From the human T2T-CHM13v2.0 reference genome, Homo sapiens: a stretch of DNA of 64,000 bases. This document shows, piece after piece, positions 31,230 to 44,616 of this stretch. The stretch is from NCBI RefSeq assembly GCF_009914755.1, contig NC_060929.1. One strand, written 5' to 3'. The translations under genes and the position numbers were made by a program. The notes below the pieces were generated by a model that was given only the letters and a program-made list of their open reading frames with translations, had not been told where the DNA came from and searched no databases. How positions within the stretch are numbered: position 1 is the stretch's first letter; every line of letters starts with the position of its first letter.

Positions 31230-31690
31230 TTCTCATCTTACAAAACTTGTCTTGACCTTATTTCCTGCAGAGCTGTCATCCCATCTCTGCTTTCTTCTCA
31301 AGACCTTGGGAGACTTGCCTATATACTTGCAGTCTCCAATTTCTCTCCCCAGTTCTGTTTTAAATCAACACAAATCAGGTTTTGCTTCACTGAAACATTT
31401 CTTGTCAAGGTCTCCAGTGACCTCCATGTTGCTAAATCCACTGGTCATTTCTTGTTCTTCATTCTATTGACTCCCAGCAGTGTCTGACCCATTGGCTCAC
31501 CCTCTTTCCTCATATACTTCCAGGATACCATCCTTCCTGGCTTCCTCCCACAGCACCGCCCTTTCCTGAATCCTCCTCTTTTCCTCAGCTTTTTACAGCT
31601 GCAGGGCTCGGTCCTAAATCCTCTTCTCTTTTCTATTAGTATTCACTCCTTTGGTGATTTCATCCACTCTTAATGTTTTAAATGATATTG
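31230..31690 (+). mobile_element. L2 reverse-transcriptase region remnant
   Basis: Translation TETFLVKVSSDLHVAKSTGHF matches the L2 RT motif TETALVKVTNDLHVAKSNGQF. Confidence 0.85.
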
Positions 31691-31693
31691 AAC

Positions 31694-31795
31694 TAGCTTC
31701 CCAGTACTACAGTAGCAAACTACCACAAATTTGGTGATTTAAAACCACAGAAATTATTCTCTCTCAGTTCTGGAGGGTAGAAGTCTAAATTTGGC
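31694..31795 (-). mobile_element. MLT1 LTR fragment
   Basis: caaactaccacaaatttggtgatttaaaaccacagaaattattctctctcagttctggagg. Confidence 0.75.
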
Positions 31796-32157
31796 AGGCT
31801 TGGATATAGCGATTCTCTGAGGGGAAATATTCTCAGGTAATGACCAGAAAGAAATAAAATCTCCATTTGAGGGCAACTATAAACTCGGACTGTAAGGGTC
31901 TCCAGAAAAGTAAATGCAGTTCAAGAGCAAAAATTGGCTCCCATTTCTCCCCTTGGATCTGCAGGAGCGGAGGAGCCTGGAGTGTGAGGTCAGCAGGGCT
32001 GGAGGGGCGCTTTCTGTGGAGCTTGGAATGTGAGCAGGACAGGAGGGCGGGGGCTGTGGAGACTTTGCCTTCACTTGCCTGCTCTCCCCAGCTTCTCATT
32101 CTCTCAGAGCCTCCAGTCAATACTGATACAATCCCTTGGTTCTTTCATTATGGCTAC

Positions 32158-32688
32158 TGTCTTAGTCTGTTTGTTGTTGCTATAACAGAATACCCGAGAC
32201 TGGGTAATTTATAAAGAACAGAGATTTATTTCTTACAGTTCTGGAGCCTGGGAAGTCCAAGGCCGAGGGGCTGGCATCTGGTGAGGGCCTTCTTAAAGCG
32301 TCATCTCATGGTGGAAGGTAGAAGGGTAAGAAAGTGCAAGAGACCAATGGGGCAGAACTCACTTGTATGACAAAACCACTCTCTCAATAATGGCATTAAT
32401 TCATTCATGACAGTAGAGCCCTCGTGACTGAATCGCTTCTTAAAGTTCCCACCTCTCAACACCATTGCATTGGGGATTCAATTTCTAACACATGGCAGGC
32501 CACGGTGGCTCATGCCTGTAATTCCAGCACTTTGGGAGACTGAGGCCAGATGATTGCTGGAAACCAGGAGTTTGAGACCAGCCTGGGAAACAGTGGGATT
32601 CCATCTCTAAAATAAATAAAGAAAGAAAGGAAGAAAGAAAAAAAGTTTCCTACACATGAGCCTTGGGAGACACATGCAGACCATAGCA
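32158..32688 (-). mobile_element. MST (B/D-like) MaLR solo LTR, split by FLAM
   Basis: tgtcttagtctgtttgttgttgctataacagaatacc...cagaccatagca; TSD gctac/ggtac. Confidence 0.9.
32494..32644 (+). mobile_element. FLAM_C monomer inside MST
   Basis: Single Alu left-type arm with A-rich tail; flanking repeat tttc(ta/ct)acacat. Confidence 0.85.
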
Positions 32689-33379
32689 GGTACTGTTTAA
32701 AACCTTTTCATCTGCATGATTTTCTTGAGTCTCATAATTGCTTTATCTTGTGGTTGGTAAGACTGAAGATTTCGACAACATTTTTCCCGATGGAAAATCT
32801 GATCTTTGGAAAGGTTAAGACTTCCACAGTGCCATGATAACAGATGAGTGGGGCCTCAAGTTCTGAACAAAAGATGCTGCTCCTCTCTGTCTTAGGATGC
32901 TTCTTTATTTTATGTTGAGTCTGAATGTCTTCGGTCCTATTTCCATGTTAGAATTGAGTTCTTTGTGAATTTTCAAAAAGTCAGAGTTGGGAAAATTTTC
33001 TTTTTCTCCCTTTGCCTGCCAATATTTTGAGTTGGCAATCCATCCATAACACATTTTACCCTTTATGAGCAGAAGCTGCTTTATTTCCTGCTTAAATCAA
33101 AAAGGGATCTTACCACAAGGGCCTGCAATAAGCACATTGTAAATAAACAGTTGTAAAAGATGCATTGAGTTGAGAACAGTGGGAAATTGATCTGACTGTA
33201 TTTTATGAATTGTGTTAAGATTTTCAGCATGGATAATATAAATGATTTACAATTTCTTACACATTGGTATAGAATAAGTCATAGAAGCAAGTTATTTACT
33301 TGGATTTTCCAAAAAGTGATATTTCATCCCCTTCAGGTCAAAGAAACTAGGGACTTACGATTAAATCTTCTAGTAGTTA

Positions 33380-33530
33380 CAGCATAGACTTTGGAGTGAG
33401 ACTGAACCGAACTTGAAGTTCAGCTATACTATGAGGAAAAAACTATGACTCTCAAACATTTTACCTAATCATCAGTTTCTCCATCTGTATCATGGGGATA
33501 ATATCAATACTTGTTAGGATTTAAAGGGAG
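33380..33530 (+). mobile_element. MIR fragment
   Basis: agcatagactttggag...cagtttctccatctgtatcatggggataata. Confidence 0.65.
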
Positions 33531-33692
33531 AATTTTGGTGCAGTTAACGGTCTTGGAGCCATGGACTAAGGATGTTGATTTTTCACCCTGCTTGGGTTCT
33601 TCTCATGCCTACATGTTCCTAAGAGGTTTGTGACACCCGGAGCAATGGCAGACTGGGCTCCCCTCGTAATTAGTGACTATAAATGTAATTCC

Positions 33693-33999
<307 letters not shown>

Positions 34000-35700
34000 T
34001 GAATTGGCACGTGCAATGCTTTAGGCTGAAGAGTGTCGTCTTAAACAGCCCCAGAATCTACGTTCTGGGATCTGCATACACACATCTACATGTGCATGTG
34101 AGAAAAGAGACCCTGGACTTTGGTTTAGCCTGTTATGTTCATGTTATGAAGCAGTGGAAGTCTAAGAAAGAGAAAAAGGCACAGGGCCATTAGTGAAATG
34201 TGTCCCCGTGAATATCCTAGGCTCTGAGTGATCACACTGGAAATCCTTCCTTCCTTGGGGTGGCGGGCAAGAGGAAAAAGGGTATGGTCAGATGTGCGCA
34301 TCACATGAAGAGGGCCAAAGCAGCTACTGCCACAAGAGTTGTAGTGAAAAATGAATGAGAGAATGCATTAAAGCCCCTGGCATGAGCTGCCTATTGGAAT
34401 TTATAAGGGGAGTGATAGATATCCCCCAAAATTCCCACCAAAGAATTTCTTTTAAACCCCGTTCCATTTTTTTGGGTCTTTTCCACCACTTTGTTGCTCT
34501 CTGTCTCTCTATGTACGTGTATGTTTGGACCTCACTGAAATTTTCCTAAATTGAATCTGTTTTTTCGTATTTGAGTGAAGCCAAATAAATTCCCAACTGC
34601 ACACTAAAGGTGAAGGCCAACCTCTTAGCTTCTAGGTCTCTGTTCACACATCAGTTGAGAACTCATTGAATACATTTCAAAGAAGAATTTTATTTGGTTA
34701 CTCAATTATTTTTCTAGCAGGTGGTATTTTCCTAGAAGACCATGTACTCTACTGTTCAAATTACTGAAATCTGTAAGTTAGACATTGTCAGCTCATGAAA
34801 TGCGCTCAAACTAATGGAAAAATCCACTTGTTGAGCACTGCTCTCTTATTCTGTAATTTTCAGTAGCTTTGAGGACATTGTTGGAAGTGGTGGAGTGAAG
34901 CTTGGCACCTTTCCCCATTGTACAGCTTGTAGCCCATTTCAATGCCGTTTAATGCAGTAGTTCTCTAGGGGGATTTTTAGGTAATGATTAGGAAGAAAGA
35001 AAATCCCTTTTGAGGGCAACTATAACCTCTGATTTCATTTTATAAACAATTTTTAAGATAGTCATGGAGTGATAAAAGTATTATACTTTTTACTTTGTGT
35101 TTACTATGGTGTAGTCTATGAAACGATCCAAAGCAAATATTTACTTTTCACACTGCTTAGGATATAGTTCCACAATGTTCATGGGAAAGAGAGTAACTAT
35201 GTGAGTCTATGTGAGTTTACTGCATTGCTTTCCTTCTTTTCTTTCTTTGTTTTCTCCTTGCACTAGGCTATAGCACGGGTAGATGTTTAGCTTCAAGTTT
35301 AAGTGAGTTACTTTTTGTGTCAGACACATATATCAATGCACTAATTAGAGGAAATTCTGCCAAAAATAAAAAAGGCCTAGCATAGTTTCCCTGTATAGGG
35401 GATTATATGTGGGGTGATTTACAGGGAGTCTTCAAAGCATCATAAGTCTAGTGCATTCCACCCCTTGATTGCCATGCACAGGGGCCCCTGTTCCTATTTA
35501 TTCAGTTGTAAGGATGCCTCATTCAAACACATTCTATCATACATCTAGCCGTATAACACCACCCTTTCCCCAGTTTATTCTGCCCTCAGGTAGAGGTGCT
35601 GTTACGGGATTATTTTAAAGGCTTTTTGTTTTCCTTAAGAGTCTAGATCTCCAGGTTATCTCCACGTATATCTGTCTTCTAAATCAATTCCATTCTTATG

Positions 35701-36180
35701 TGTATTAGTTTACTATTGCTGCTGTAATAAATTACAAAAAAATTTAGAGGTTTAAAGCAACACAAATGTATTGTTTTACAGCTCTGGAGGTCTGAAGTCT
35801 GAAATGAGTCTTACAGGCTGAAGTCAAGGTGTCAGCAGAGCTGTGTTCTTTCTGGAAGCTCCAGGCAAGAGTCCATTTCCTGGCCTTTTCCAGCTGCTAG
35901 AGGCTGCCTGCATTCCTTGGCTTATGGCCCCATCACTCCTATCTCTATGTCCATTGTTACAGGTTCTTCTCTGACTCTGATCCTCCTACCTTCCTCTTAT
36001 GAGGACCCTTGTAATTACATTGGGCCTTCTGGGGTAATCCAGGATAATCTCCCACCTGAAGATTTTTAACTTAATCACATCTTCAAAGTCCCTTTTACCA
36101 TGTAAACTAGCATATTCACAGGTTCTAAGGATTAGAATGTGAACATCTTTAGGGAACGAACTATCATTTGGCCTATCATA
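35701..36180 (-). mobile_element. MLT1C-like MaLR solo LTR
   Basis: tgtattagttt...gctagaggctgcctgcattccttggctt...ccaggataatctccc...ggattagaatgtgaacatcttt; TSD ttatg/ctatg. Confidence 0.9.
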
Positions 36181-36679
36181 CTATGTAACTTCTTGATATT
36201 ATCCAACTAATTGACAACATGAGAAATATATCCATCTCCAGAAAACCTCTTATAGACAGCAGGGAAGAAATTAAGTAATACACTAAAAACAACTACCATA
36301 TTAAGAAAATACTGTTGGTATGCACTAGCCCTGTTTTCCCTGAGTTCTTTGTGTAGCAGATGATCCTGATCATCATTCCTGAGTGGACTACATCCTGGTA
36401 GTTCTGTTTGCGTAGGGTTGTAGAGGTTTATTGTTAACCTTTGCCACTGTGCACAGTTGTATCAGAAAATATCCTGAAAGTAGTGAATGGTTGGTACAAG
36501 CTAAGTTCCATCCTTACTGTTCCTGGCTCCCAAAACCTTAGTAACTAGGGTCAACTAGGGTCAAAATCTTAGTAACCAGGCAATCTGAAAAGCACCATTT
36601 CCACTTCTAGCCTCAGTCCAATGGGCTTTTAGCTTACATGTTAGTTACCTTGTCTATAGGATAGTATTGTTTTATAATC

Positions 36680-37990
36680 CCTATTTACTTTTATCTTTGG
36701 TGCTTTTAAGATTTTCTATTTGTCTTTGGTTTTTTACTTTCACTCTAATGTGTCTAGATGTGGATTTTTTAAAAAAAATTCTGTTTGAACTTTGTTAGGA
36801 CTTATATTTTGGGGTTGGTGCCTTTCATCAGTTCTGATTCTCAGCTGTTGTTTCTTCCAATAGGTCCATGTTGATTCTCTCTCTCTCTTCCATCTGGGAT
36901 TCCAATAAAATGTTACTAGACATTCTTAGTAAATATTCCATATCTCTTACTCTCTTTTCTGAATTATCTATTTTTTAAGTCTCTTTGTGCTGCATTCTGC
37001 ATAATTTATTTTGCTCTATCATCCAATTCATTAACTCTTTCTTCTATTATGTCCAGTCTGATGCTACATAAATCTATTTATTTTTAACTATGTGTTTTTA
37101 TTTTGGCTATTGTTTTTTTCATTTCTACAACTTCTATTTGGTCCTTTTTAAGACTTTTATGTGACTTATTTCTGTTTGTAATCCCTGAAGATATTTTCAA
37201 ACCTATGATTCATTTAATAGTTATTTTTCAATCTATGTTTGATCATTTCAATACTTGAAGTTTGTGAGAATCTGTTACCATTTATTTTCTCTGCTAATTC
37301 TTATTTATGTTTCCTTGTGTGCCTGGTTATTTTTGACTGTATTATGGTCATTTTCCTTGAAAAGATAATTTTGGGGATTCCCCAAGGGCTAGGAACAAAA
37401 TGTCCTCCTCCAAAGAGCTTTTTGCTTTGAGACCAGGTGTCTGAAGCAGCTACCAACTTTAGTTGAGGCCTCTCCTCAAACTAAGTTCATAGTCTGAGGT
37501 TCTCTGGCTTGTCCAGGTAAAACCACAGAAAGACTAGTTATGAGGTCACCATTTCTCAAGAAGATTTTTTTTTCCTCCTTATTTTTCTTCTCCTGTCGTG
37601 CTCAGTGCCAAGGCAGAATTCTCTGCAGTCTCCTGGGGCACAGTAGGGGCAGGTTTAATCTTGGTTCATTACTACTCTGAGAACATAACCCTCTTGGAGT
37701 TTCAGCGTAATGTGGGGAGGGTATCCTGTAAGACTCCTCACCTTGGGAAAACTATGGGCTTTGACTTTTCCTCTTCTTACTCCTTCTGAGTCTTTAGAAT
37801 TGAGAACCAAGTGGGTGGTATTGACTGATGTCCTCAGGACAAGAGTTGCTTTCACACTCCAGGATTCAGCGCATGTTGGATTCAGACTTTCTTCCAGATT
37901 TTGGCCTGATAATTGGTGTATTTGGTGTTTTTATCTTTTATCCAGATTATTTTTTTATTAGGGGAATTTGTCCAAATAACTCAGCCTGCA
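36680..37990 (-). mobile_element. Old L1M (L1ME-type) ORF1/5' region remnant
   Basis: ttttaagattttctatttgtctttgg...aatgtgtctagatgtggattt...ccatctgggattccaat antisense ORF1-like text. Confidence 0.6.
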
Positions 37991-38269
37991 ATTACTTGAA
38001 ACATGTCTTAGTCATGGTTGCTTTGTTGTTGCACTTAATGACACTATTTATTTCTGGAAGATTGGGAGTAAAGTCAGCAGATCTCATATGTATCTGTTGA
38101 TAGCTTTGTTTCTTTAGCTTCCAGGTAAATTCCTTGGCCAGAACCAGTGTTGCATAGAATACCATGTGATATACAAAGCCTCATAAGCCTTCAGATAATG
38201 ATGCCATGGCAGAGAAGGTAAGAAAGGAAAATCCAAATAGCTCTCCTCTCCATGGCAGGAAAACCTCTA

Positions 38270-38625
38270 TTTGTTTAACCTGCCACAAAGACTTGTCCCC
38301 TTGAGGTGTCTTGTCCCCTTGGGTCTTATCCTAGGGCTGGGTAGGTCACCATTGCTGGAATACAGGAACTTGCAGTGGTTGTAGCCACATTAATCTTTGA
38401 GAGGAGACTCTTTATTATCAAGATCATGTAGAGTCCGCTGTGCCAACATAGCTGCTTCATTCATGAGTCCATTGGACAGGAACTGACTGACTGCAGAAGG
38501 CAAATGGTTAACATTTGCAAATTGGTTCATCCTGGTAAATGATGGCAGTCTCCCTACAGTGGACTAATGGGAGAATGTTAGGTTAGCCTCTCCCACAGGT
38601 TTCTCAAAGATTTCTTAAGTCCTTT
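38270..38625 (-). mobile_element. Ancient ERVL-class internal remnant (integrase N-terminal region)
   Basis: Reverse strand ccaatggactcatgaa...ggctacaaccactgc resembles HERV-L caatgggcccatgaa...gctatgacagctgc at ~59925-60030; homologous to 55480-55551 plus 61909-62180. Confidence 0.6.
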
Positions 38626-38644
38626 TATTTAGTCTGCTGGCCCA

Positions 38645-38790
38645 AGGAGGGTGAGAGATGTGTGGAGCAGAGCCACCCAGCCAATCGCAGCTTGGATCAG
38701 CAGACTCCCAGCTGATAGGGAGATGTATGAGTGATACCAATTGACTGTTGTTTTAAACCACTGAGTTTTACAAAAATAGCAAACACAAAA
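38645..38790 (+). mobile_element. MLT1 (H/I/J-like) LTR 3' fragment
   Basis: gtggagcagagccacccagcc...tgttgttttaaaccactgagtttt. Confidence 0.6.
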
Positions 38791-39491
38791 ATTCATCAGA
38801 CTCTTAGTGGGCATTATTTCTATTTTATTCTCACAAACCTCATGTGCTTGAGTGGGACCTCTTCAATCATCACAGGGATTCCCGTCTCACCTGACTGCCT
38901 CCATGTATGCATGAATGCATGTATATATGTAGGTATTTACTTTAGGCTGAAGCCTTCTATTATTTCTCCTTTGCTTTTTACAAATTGTATATACTTAAGG
39001 TGCACAACATGATGTTTTGATAGGCATATACATAGTAAAGTGGTTACAACCGTCAAGCAAATTAACATCCACTATCTCACATAGTAACCTATTTTTTTTT
39101 TGCGTGGCAAGAGGACCTATAATCTACTCTTTTAACAAAAATCTCCAATACAATGCAATGCAATATTATTAACTGTAGTCCTCATGTTGTACCTATGATA
39201 TCTAGACTTGCTCATCCTACATACCTGCAATTTTGTATCCTTTGACCTACATCTTCCTATTTCCTCTCCCTCCACCACCCTGATAACCATTTTATTTTCT
39301 ACTTCTGTGTGTTCAACTTTTTTTCATGCTTTTTCTTTTTATTAGATTCCACATAAAAGTGAGATCATACAGTATTTTTATTTCTGTGTTTGGCTTATTT
39401 CACTCAGAATAATGTTCTCCTTCATCCATGTTGTGGCAAACGGCAGGATCTCCTTCCTTTTTTAAGGCTGAATAATATTCCATTGTACATA

Positions 39492-40931
39492 CAGTTGCAT
39501 TGTTTAACAGCAGGGATATGTTCTGAGAAATCACTGTTACGTGATTTTGTCATTGTGCAAACATCATAGTGTGTACTTACACAATCCTAGATGGCATAGC
39601 CTACTGTACACCTAGGCTATATGGTATAACCTATTGTCGCTAGGCTACAAACCTGCACAGCATGTTACTGTACTGATTGTAGGCAACTGTAACACAAGGG
39701 AAAGTATTGTGTATATAAATATGAAAAAGATATAGTGAAAGTACAGTATAAAAGATAAAAAATGGTAGACCTGTATAGAGCACTTACCATGAGTGAAGCT
39801 TGCAGGACTGGAAGTTGCTCTGGGTGAGTCAGTGGGTGAACGGTGAGTGAATGTGAAGTCCTGGACATTCACATTCTCTGTATAAACACTGTACAAGGAG
39901 GGCACACTAAATTTATTTTTAAAAATTGGGCCAGGTGTGGTGGCTCACACCTGTAATCTCAGCAATTTGGGAAGCTGAGGTGGGCAGATCATGAGGTCAG
40001 GAGTTCGAGACCAGCCTGGCCAACATGGTGAAACAACGTCTCTACTAAAAATACAAAAATTAGCTGGGCATGGTGGCGGGCACCTGTAATCCCAGCTACT
40101 CAGGAGGCTTAGGCAGGAGAATCACTTGAACCCGGGAAGTGGAGGTTGTAGTGAGCTGAGATTGTACTATTGCACTCCAGCTTGGGCGACAGAGTGAGAC
40201 TCCGTCTTGGAAAAAAAAAATTATTTATTCAGTAATAAATTAACTTTAGCTTACTTTAACTTTTTTACCTTATAAACTTTTAAATTTTTTAAACATTTGA
40301 TTCTTGCGGTAACAGCTTAAAACACAAACATACTGTAAAGCTATACAAAAATATTATTTTCATATCCTTATTCTATAAGCTTTTTAAAATTTTTACTTTT
40401 TAACCTTTTTTTGTTAAAAACAAAGATACAAACATGCATATTAGTTTCCTATATAGGGTCGGAATTATCAATATCACTGTCTTTCACCTTCATATCTTTG
40501 TCCCACCAGAAGTTTCTGGGGCAATAACACCTATAGAGCTGTCATCTCATGATAACACTGTTCCTTCTGGAATAATACCTGCTGAAGGACCTGCCTGAGT
40601 CAGCTTTACAACTAACTTAAAAAAGTAAGCAGAAGAAGTACACTCTAAAAGGGATAGCATTGTAAATACATAAACCAGTAACAGTTGTCCATTATCAAGC
40701 ATTATGTACTGTTCATATTTGTATGCGCTCAACTTTTATGCAACTGGCAGTTCAGTAAGTTTCCTACACCAGCAGCACTACAAACATATGAGTAATGCAT
40801 GTGCTACAATGTTATGACAACTACAACATCACTAGGTGACAGGAATTTTTCAGCTCCATTATAATGTTATGGACCACCATTTTATATGTGGTCCTTCATT
40901 GACTGCAAAGTCATTATGCAGCACATGACTG
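39492..40931 (-). mobile_element. Tigger3b-like (TcMar) DNA transposon
   Basis: TA on both sides; right end gtcattatgcagcacatgactg is the reverse TIR; left part contains cctagatggcatagcctac...ctaggctatatgg. Confidence 0.88.
39929..40220 (+). mobile_element. AluSg-like inside Tigger3b
   Basis: gatcatgaggtcaggagttcgagaccagcc, full dimer. Confidence 0.95.
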
Positions 40932-43189
40932 TATATATATATATATCTATATATCTATATATATATATCTCACAGTTTCTTTATCCATTCATCCATCAGT
41001 GGACAGTGGCCTGTTTTCATACCTGGCTGTAGTGAATAATGCTGCAATGAATGGGAGTGCAAATCTCTTCACAAGGTAGCATTCTTTGCTTTTAATTACT
41101 GTCTCTTGGGATCAGTCAGCTCCAGTAACAACTATCTCCATTGCTGCTAATAATCTCGTTTTGGTTACTCTCTGCTATTTTTATATTCCAAGTCATGTCC
41201 AGAGAGTATCTGTTATCCATAGTCTCTTAATGGAAAAGGTAGGGCTGGTTGGCGTTCCTTCCTTTCAGTATTTGCTTTCTGTCTTCTGCAGGCATCAAAG
41301 GAATCAACATCAGTCATCATCATCCAGGGTTTGATTCAACCTCCAGTCACTAAATGTGCATCTTAAGTAAGCTGTCTTCATTGCAATGAATTTGAGTTGG
41401 TCTGAAGTTATATTTTGTCCTCCTTCCATAAGCTCCTGTAAATTTCTTAGCAACATATCCTCTCCCTAGTCTTCAACAGTCTTCCTGGCACAATACTTAT
41501 AACTTCTGAGTAGAATTTCTCCATCCTATCTCTTCACATATTCCTAAGCCATATGACTCTTGGGCAGACTGACACACTTACTGTTCCTACCCTCTTGGGC
41601 AGACTGACACACTTGCTGATTTACGGGAAATGTCTAGAGCATTCCATAGTTTGGGGTTCTTCCATTGTGACTTCTCAGATCAAACTTTTTGCCAGTTAGA
41701 ATATTAATGTTAACCAAAACCCTGAACATCTGTGAATCCAAAAGACTGCGATAATCAGCAGTGCTTGTCCTTAGCCTGTGGCTCTGGTTTGCCTCCTTGG
41801 ATGTCTAACTGAGCAGAAAGTTTTCCCTACAGCGGAACCACACAATGGCCAGCCCTGTCTCCTTATGTGCTTCCCTCTGGGCAACTTGGAACCAGCTGTC
41901 TTCTTCATAGTGTAAACAGCCTGATGCTATGAGAAACTCTCTTCTACCCTTACTTGTGCTTCTTATTCCTTTTGAGTTGCCCTTTACCTCAAAGGATCCG
42001 AAGCAACAGCTATTATTTGCTTTGCATGGCAAGGCATGGACTGTTTGCTTTTAGTGTTGCAGTGGGGAGGATCTCTACCTCACAACCCTCATCTACTTCA
42101 GATGATAATGCTCATTTTGGAGGAGTTGTTGTTCAGAGTCTGCACCTTAGCAGTCTTCTCTGTCTTAGGGAATTGAAAATGATACTCACAGACTGCTTCA
42201 CTAATGGTTGTTTGTTTTGAGGATGCAAGTGGGCTCAGGTTAGAACATGAAACTCATCAGGACATCAGGAACTGTAACCCTCTCGGTCCCCTGCTGGTCT
42301 CCTTATCTTTCTCATGGTCCACGTGATCTCTCTTTCTGGTGGAGTCTCTGTTTTGTTCTGTGAGTCTACTCTGTTTCCATTTGTCACCAACTAGCCAATC
42401 CTCTCCTTAACCTCTAATGAAATATCTTGAGGAAACCAGTCAGTTGACTTGATTAATTACCATTGTCCTAGTTCCTTTTACACAAGGCCTCCGCTTTGGT
42501 ATCTGGGTGCCGTGGGTCAGAGACTCACACCTGTCCTAGGCAGTTTAACCTAGAATGGGAACAGAAGTATGGTGGCCATCACAAGGGACATGCTATATAG
42601 CCTTATTTCCCAACATGTTCCCAGGGTCACATATTCCCTAAATGAAGTCTATGGATTAAGCATATTTTCCACATTGGTGTGCATCATGAACGATTCCTTC
42701 GGAGCCTGTCCACTAGCCTGGTGCTCAGTAGGGCCATTGGTCTCCAGGCCTGTCAGGCACTGTGACCACCTTTCCTGGGTACTAAAGGCTATCCCGTCTG
42801 GTAGAGCACCACTTTCCCTGACTCGATCTGGCCATTGATTCCCACACTCTCACTCTTCTGAGCTAGAGCTCATGACAATACCAATGAACCTATGAGATTT
42901 TTCTTGCTTCCCTTTATTACCTGAGGATGAGAGGCAAATCTAACATCAGGACAGGTTTTATGGATTATCAAAGTAGGAAGTTCATTCATTTATTTTTACT
43001 CAGTACATATTTAAAGAACACTTTGAAAGGCATTGGGGCTCACAGCAGTGAATGAAACAGCCATAATCTAGTAGCAAATAAAAATGTCAATTAAAAGGGC
43101 AATGAGTGGTATAAAGTGAAAATATAAGTACTCATCAGAGAGAGAGAGAGAGGGAGGGAGAGAGAGACAGTGCCTTTGACAGGTGTTGC

Positions 43190-43810
43190 TCGTTCATTCA
43201 CTCATTTGTGCATTTATCAAAACATATTAATTGAACACCTACTATGTGCTAGGCACTGATCTGCTTACTAGAGCATAGCAATGAAGAAAACAAAATCTAT
43301 ACCCTACAGGTTTTTATTAAAACAAGAAAACCAATAACATGTGAAGGTGTTTTCAGTGGGATAAGCCATATAGGAAAGCAGGGTAAGGGGTAAGAAAGTG
43401 ATGGAAAAAGAGGCATTACTTTTGATACAGTGGCCATGGCAGGCTTCTCTGAAGAGATGACAATTGATCTAAGCCCTGGTGGAAGCAAGGGAGGGTACTC
43501 TGTGAATACATGGTGGGAAGCATTCCAGAAAGAGGGATTAACAAGTACAAAATCCTGAGTCAGGAGTGCGCTTGGCACGTTTGAGGAATAGCAAGGGGTC
43601 CGGCAAGGAGTCAGGCACAGAGAAGAAGGGGCGAAGAGGCAAAGAGAATAACTGGAGACACAGCCTGGGACCAGAGCATGTGGGGCCTCCCACACCATGG
43701 AAAAGACCTTGGATTTTATTCTAGTGAGGTGGCTTTGTGCAGAGGAGTGACATGATCTGATGTACATCGTGAAAGAGTCAACATTGGCAACCTTGTGCAG
43801 AACAGATTAT
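43190..43810 (-). mobile_element. L2a 3' region
   Basis: cattcactcatt...attgaacacctactatgtgctaggcact; minus ORF RIKSKVFSMVWEAPHALVP is typical of the L2 ORF2 C-terminus. Confidence 0.85.
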
Positions 43811-44086
43811 AGTTTTGAATGAATTACTGCTGTTTTTGGAAGAAATTATATGTAAGCCTATGTATTTATAGGCTTTCAAATACTACTCATGATCTAGGAA
43901 CTGCAAAATAGGCTTAGTTCCATTTTTCTCTTAACCAGAAATGTTATAGATTGCTATGCCAAGGTGGAGGCAGATTTATTGGCATAAAGTAACTAAACCA
44001 TGACACTTCCACTAGGAAGACCAAATAGCATCTTTATAATGGCTGGGACTTTATAGATACAAAAGTACAAAATGATATTACCCCCT

Positions 44087-44616
44087 TGTGAGGGTTAATA
44101 CTGAGTGTCAACTTGATTGGATTGAAGGATGCAAAATATTCATCCTAGGTGTGTCTGTGAGGGTGTTGCCAAAGGAGATTAACATTTGAGTCAGTGGGCT
44201 GGGAAAGGCAGACCCACCCTTAATTTGGGTGGGCACCATCTAATCAGCTGCCAGCATGGCTAGAATATAAAGCAGGCAGAAAACCGTGAAAAGAGTAGAC
44301 TGGCCTAGCCTCCCAGCCTACATCTTTCTCCCGTGCTGGATGCTTCCTGCCCTCGAACATCTGACTCCAAGTTCTTCACCTTTGGGAGTTGGACTGGCTG
44401 CCCTGCTCCTCAGCTTGCAGACAGCCTATTGTGGGACCTTGTGATCATGTGAGTTAATGCCCCTTATTAAACTCCCATATACATATATGTATACATATGT
44501 ATAGATATATATATCTATCTACATATATATCCATGGATACATATATATACATATCTATATCCATATATATGTATATCCTATTAGTTCTGTCCCTCTAGAG
44601 AACCCTGACTAATACA
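44087..44616 (+). mobile_element. MLT2A1/A2 (HERV-L) solo LTR with internal (TA)n
   Basis: tgtgagggttaatactgagtgtcaacttgattggattg...ctagagaaccctgactaataca; C-rich flanking repeat ccccct/tcccct. Confidence 0.95.

Larger units (their letters stand above)
38975..41078 (-). mobile_element. L1MA-type 3' end, interrupted by Tigger3b
   Basis: aattgtatatacttaaggtgcacaacatg...aaggctgaataatattccattgta, resuming as tttctttatccattcatccatc...aataatgctgcaatgaa. Confidence 0.85.
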
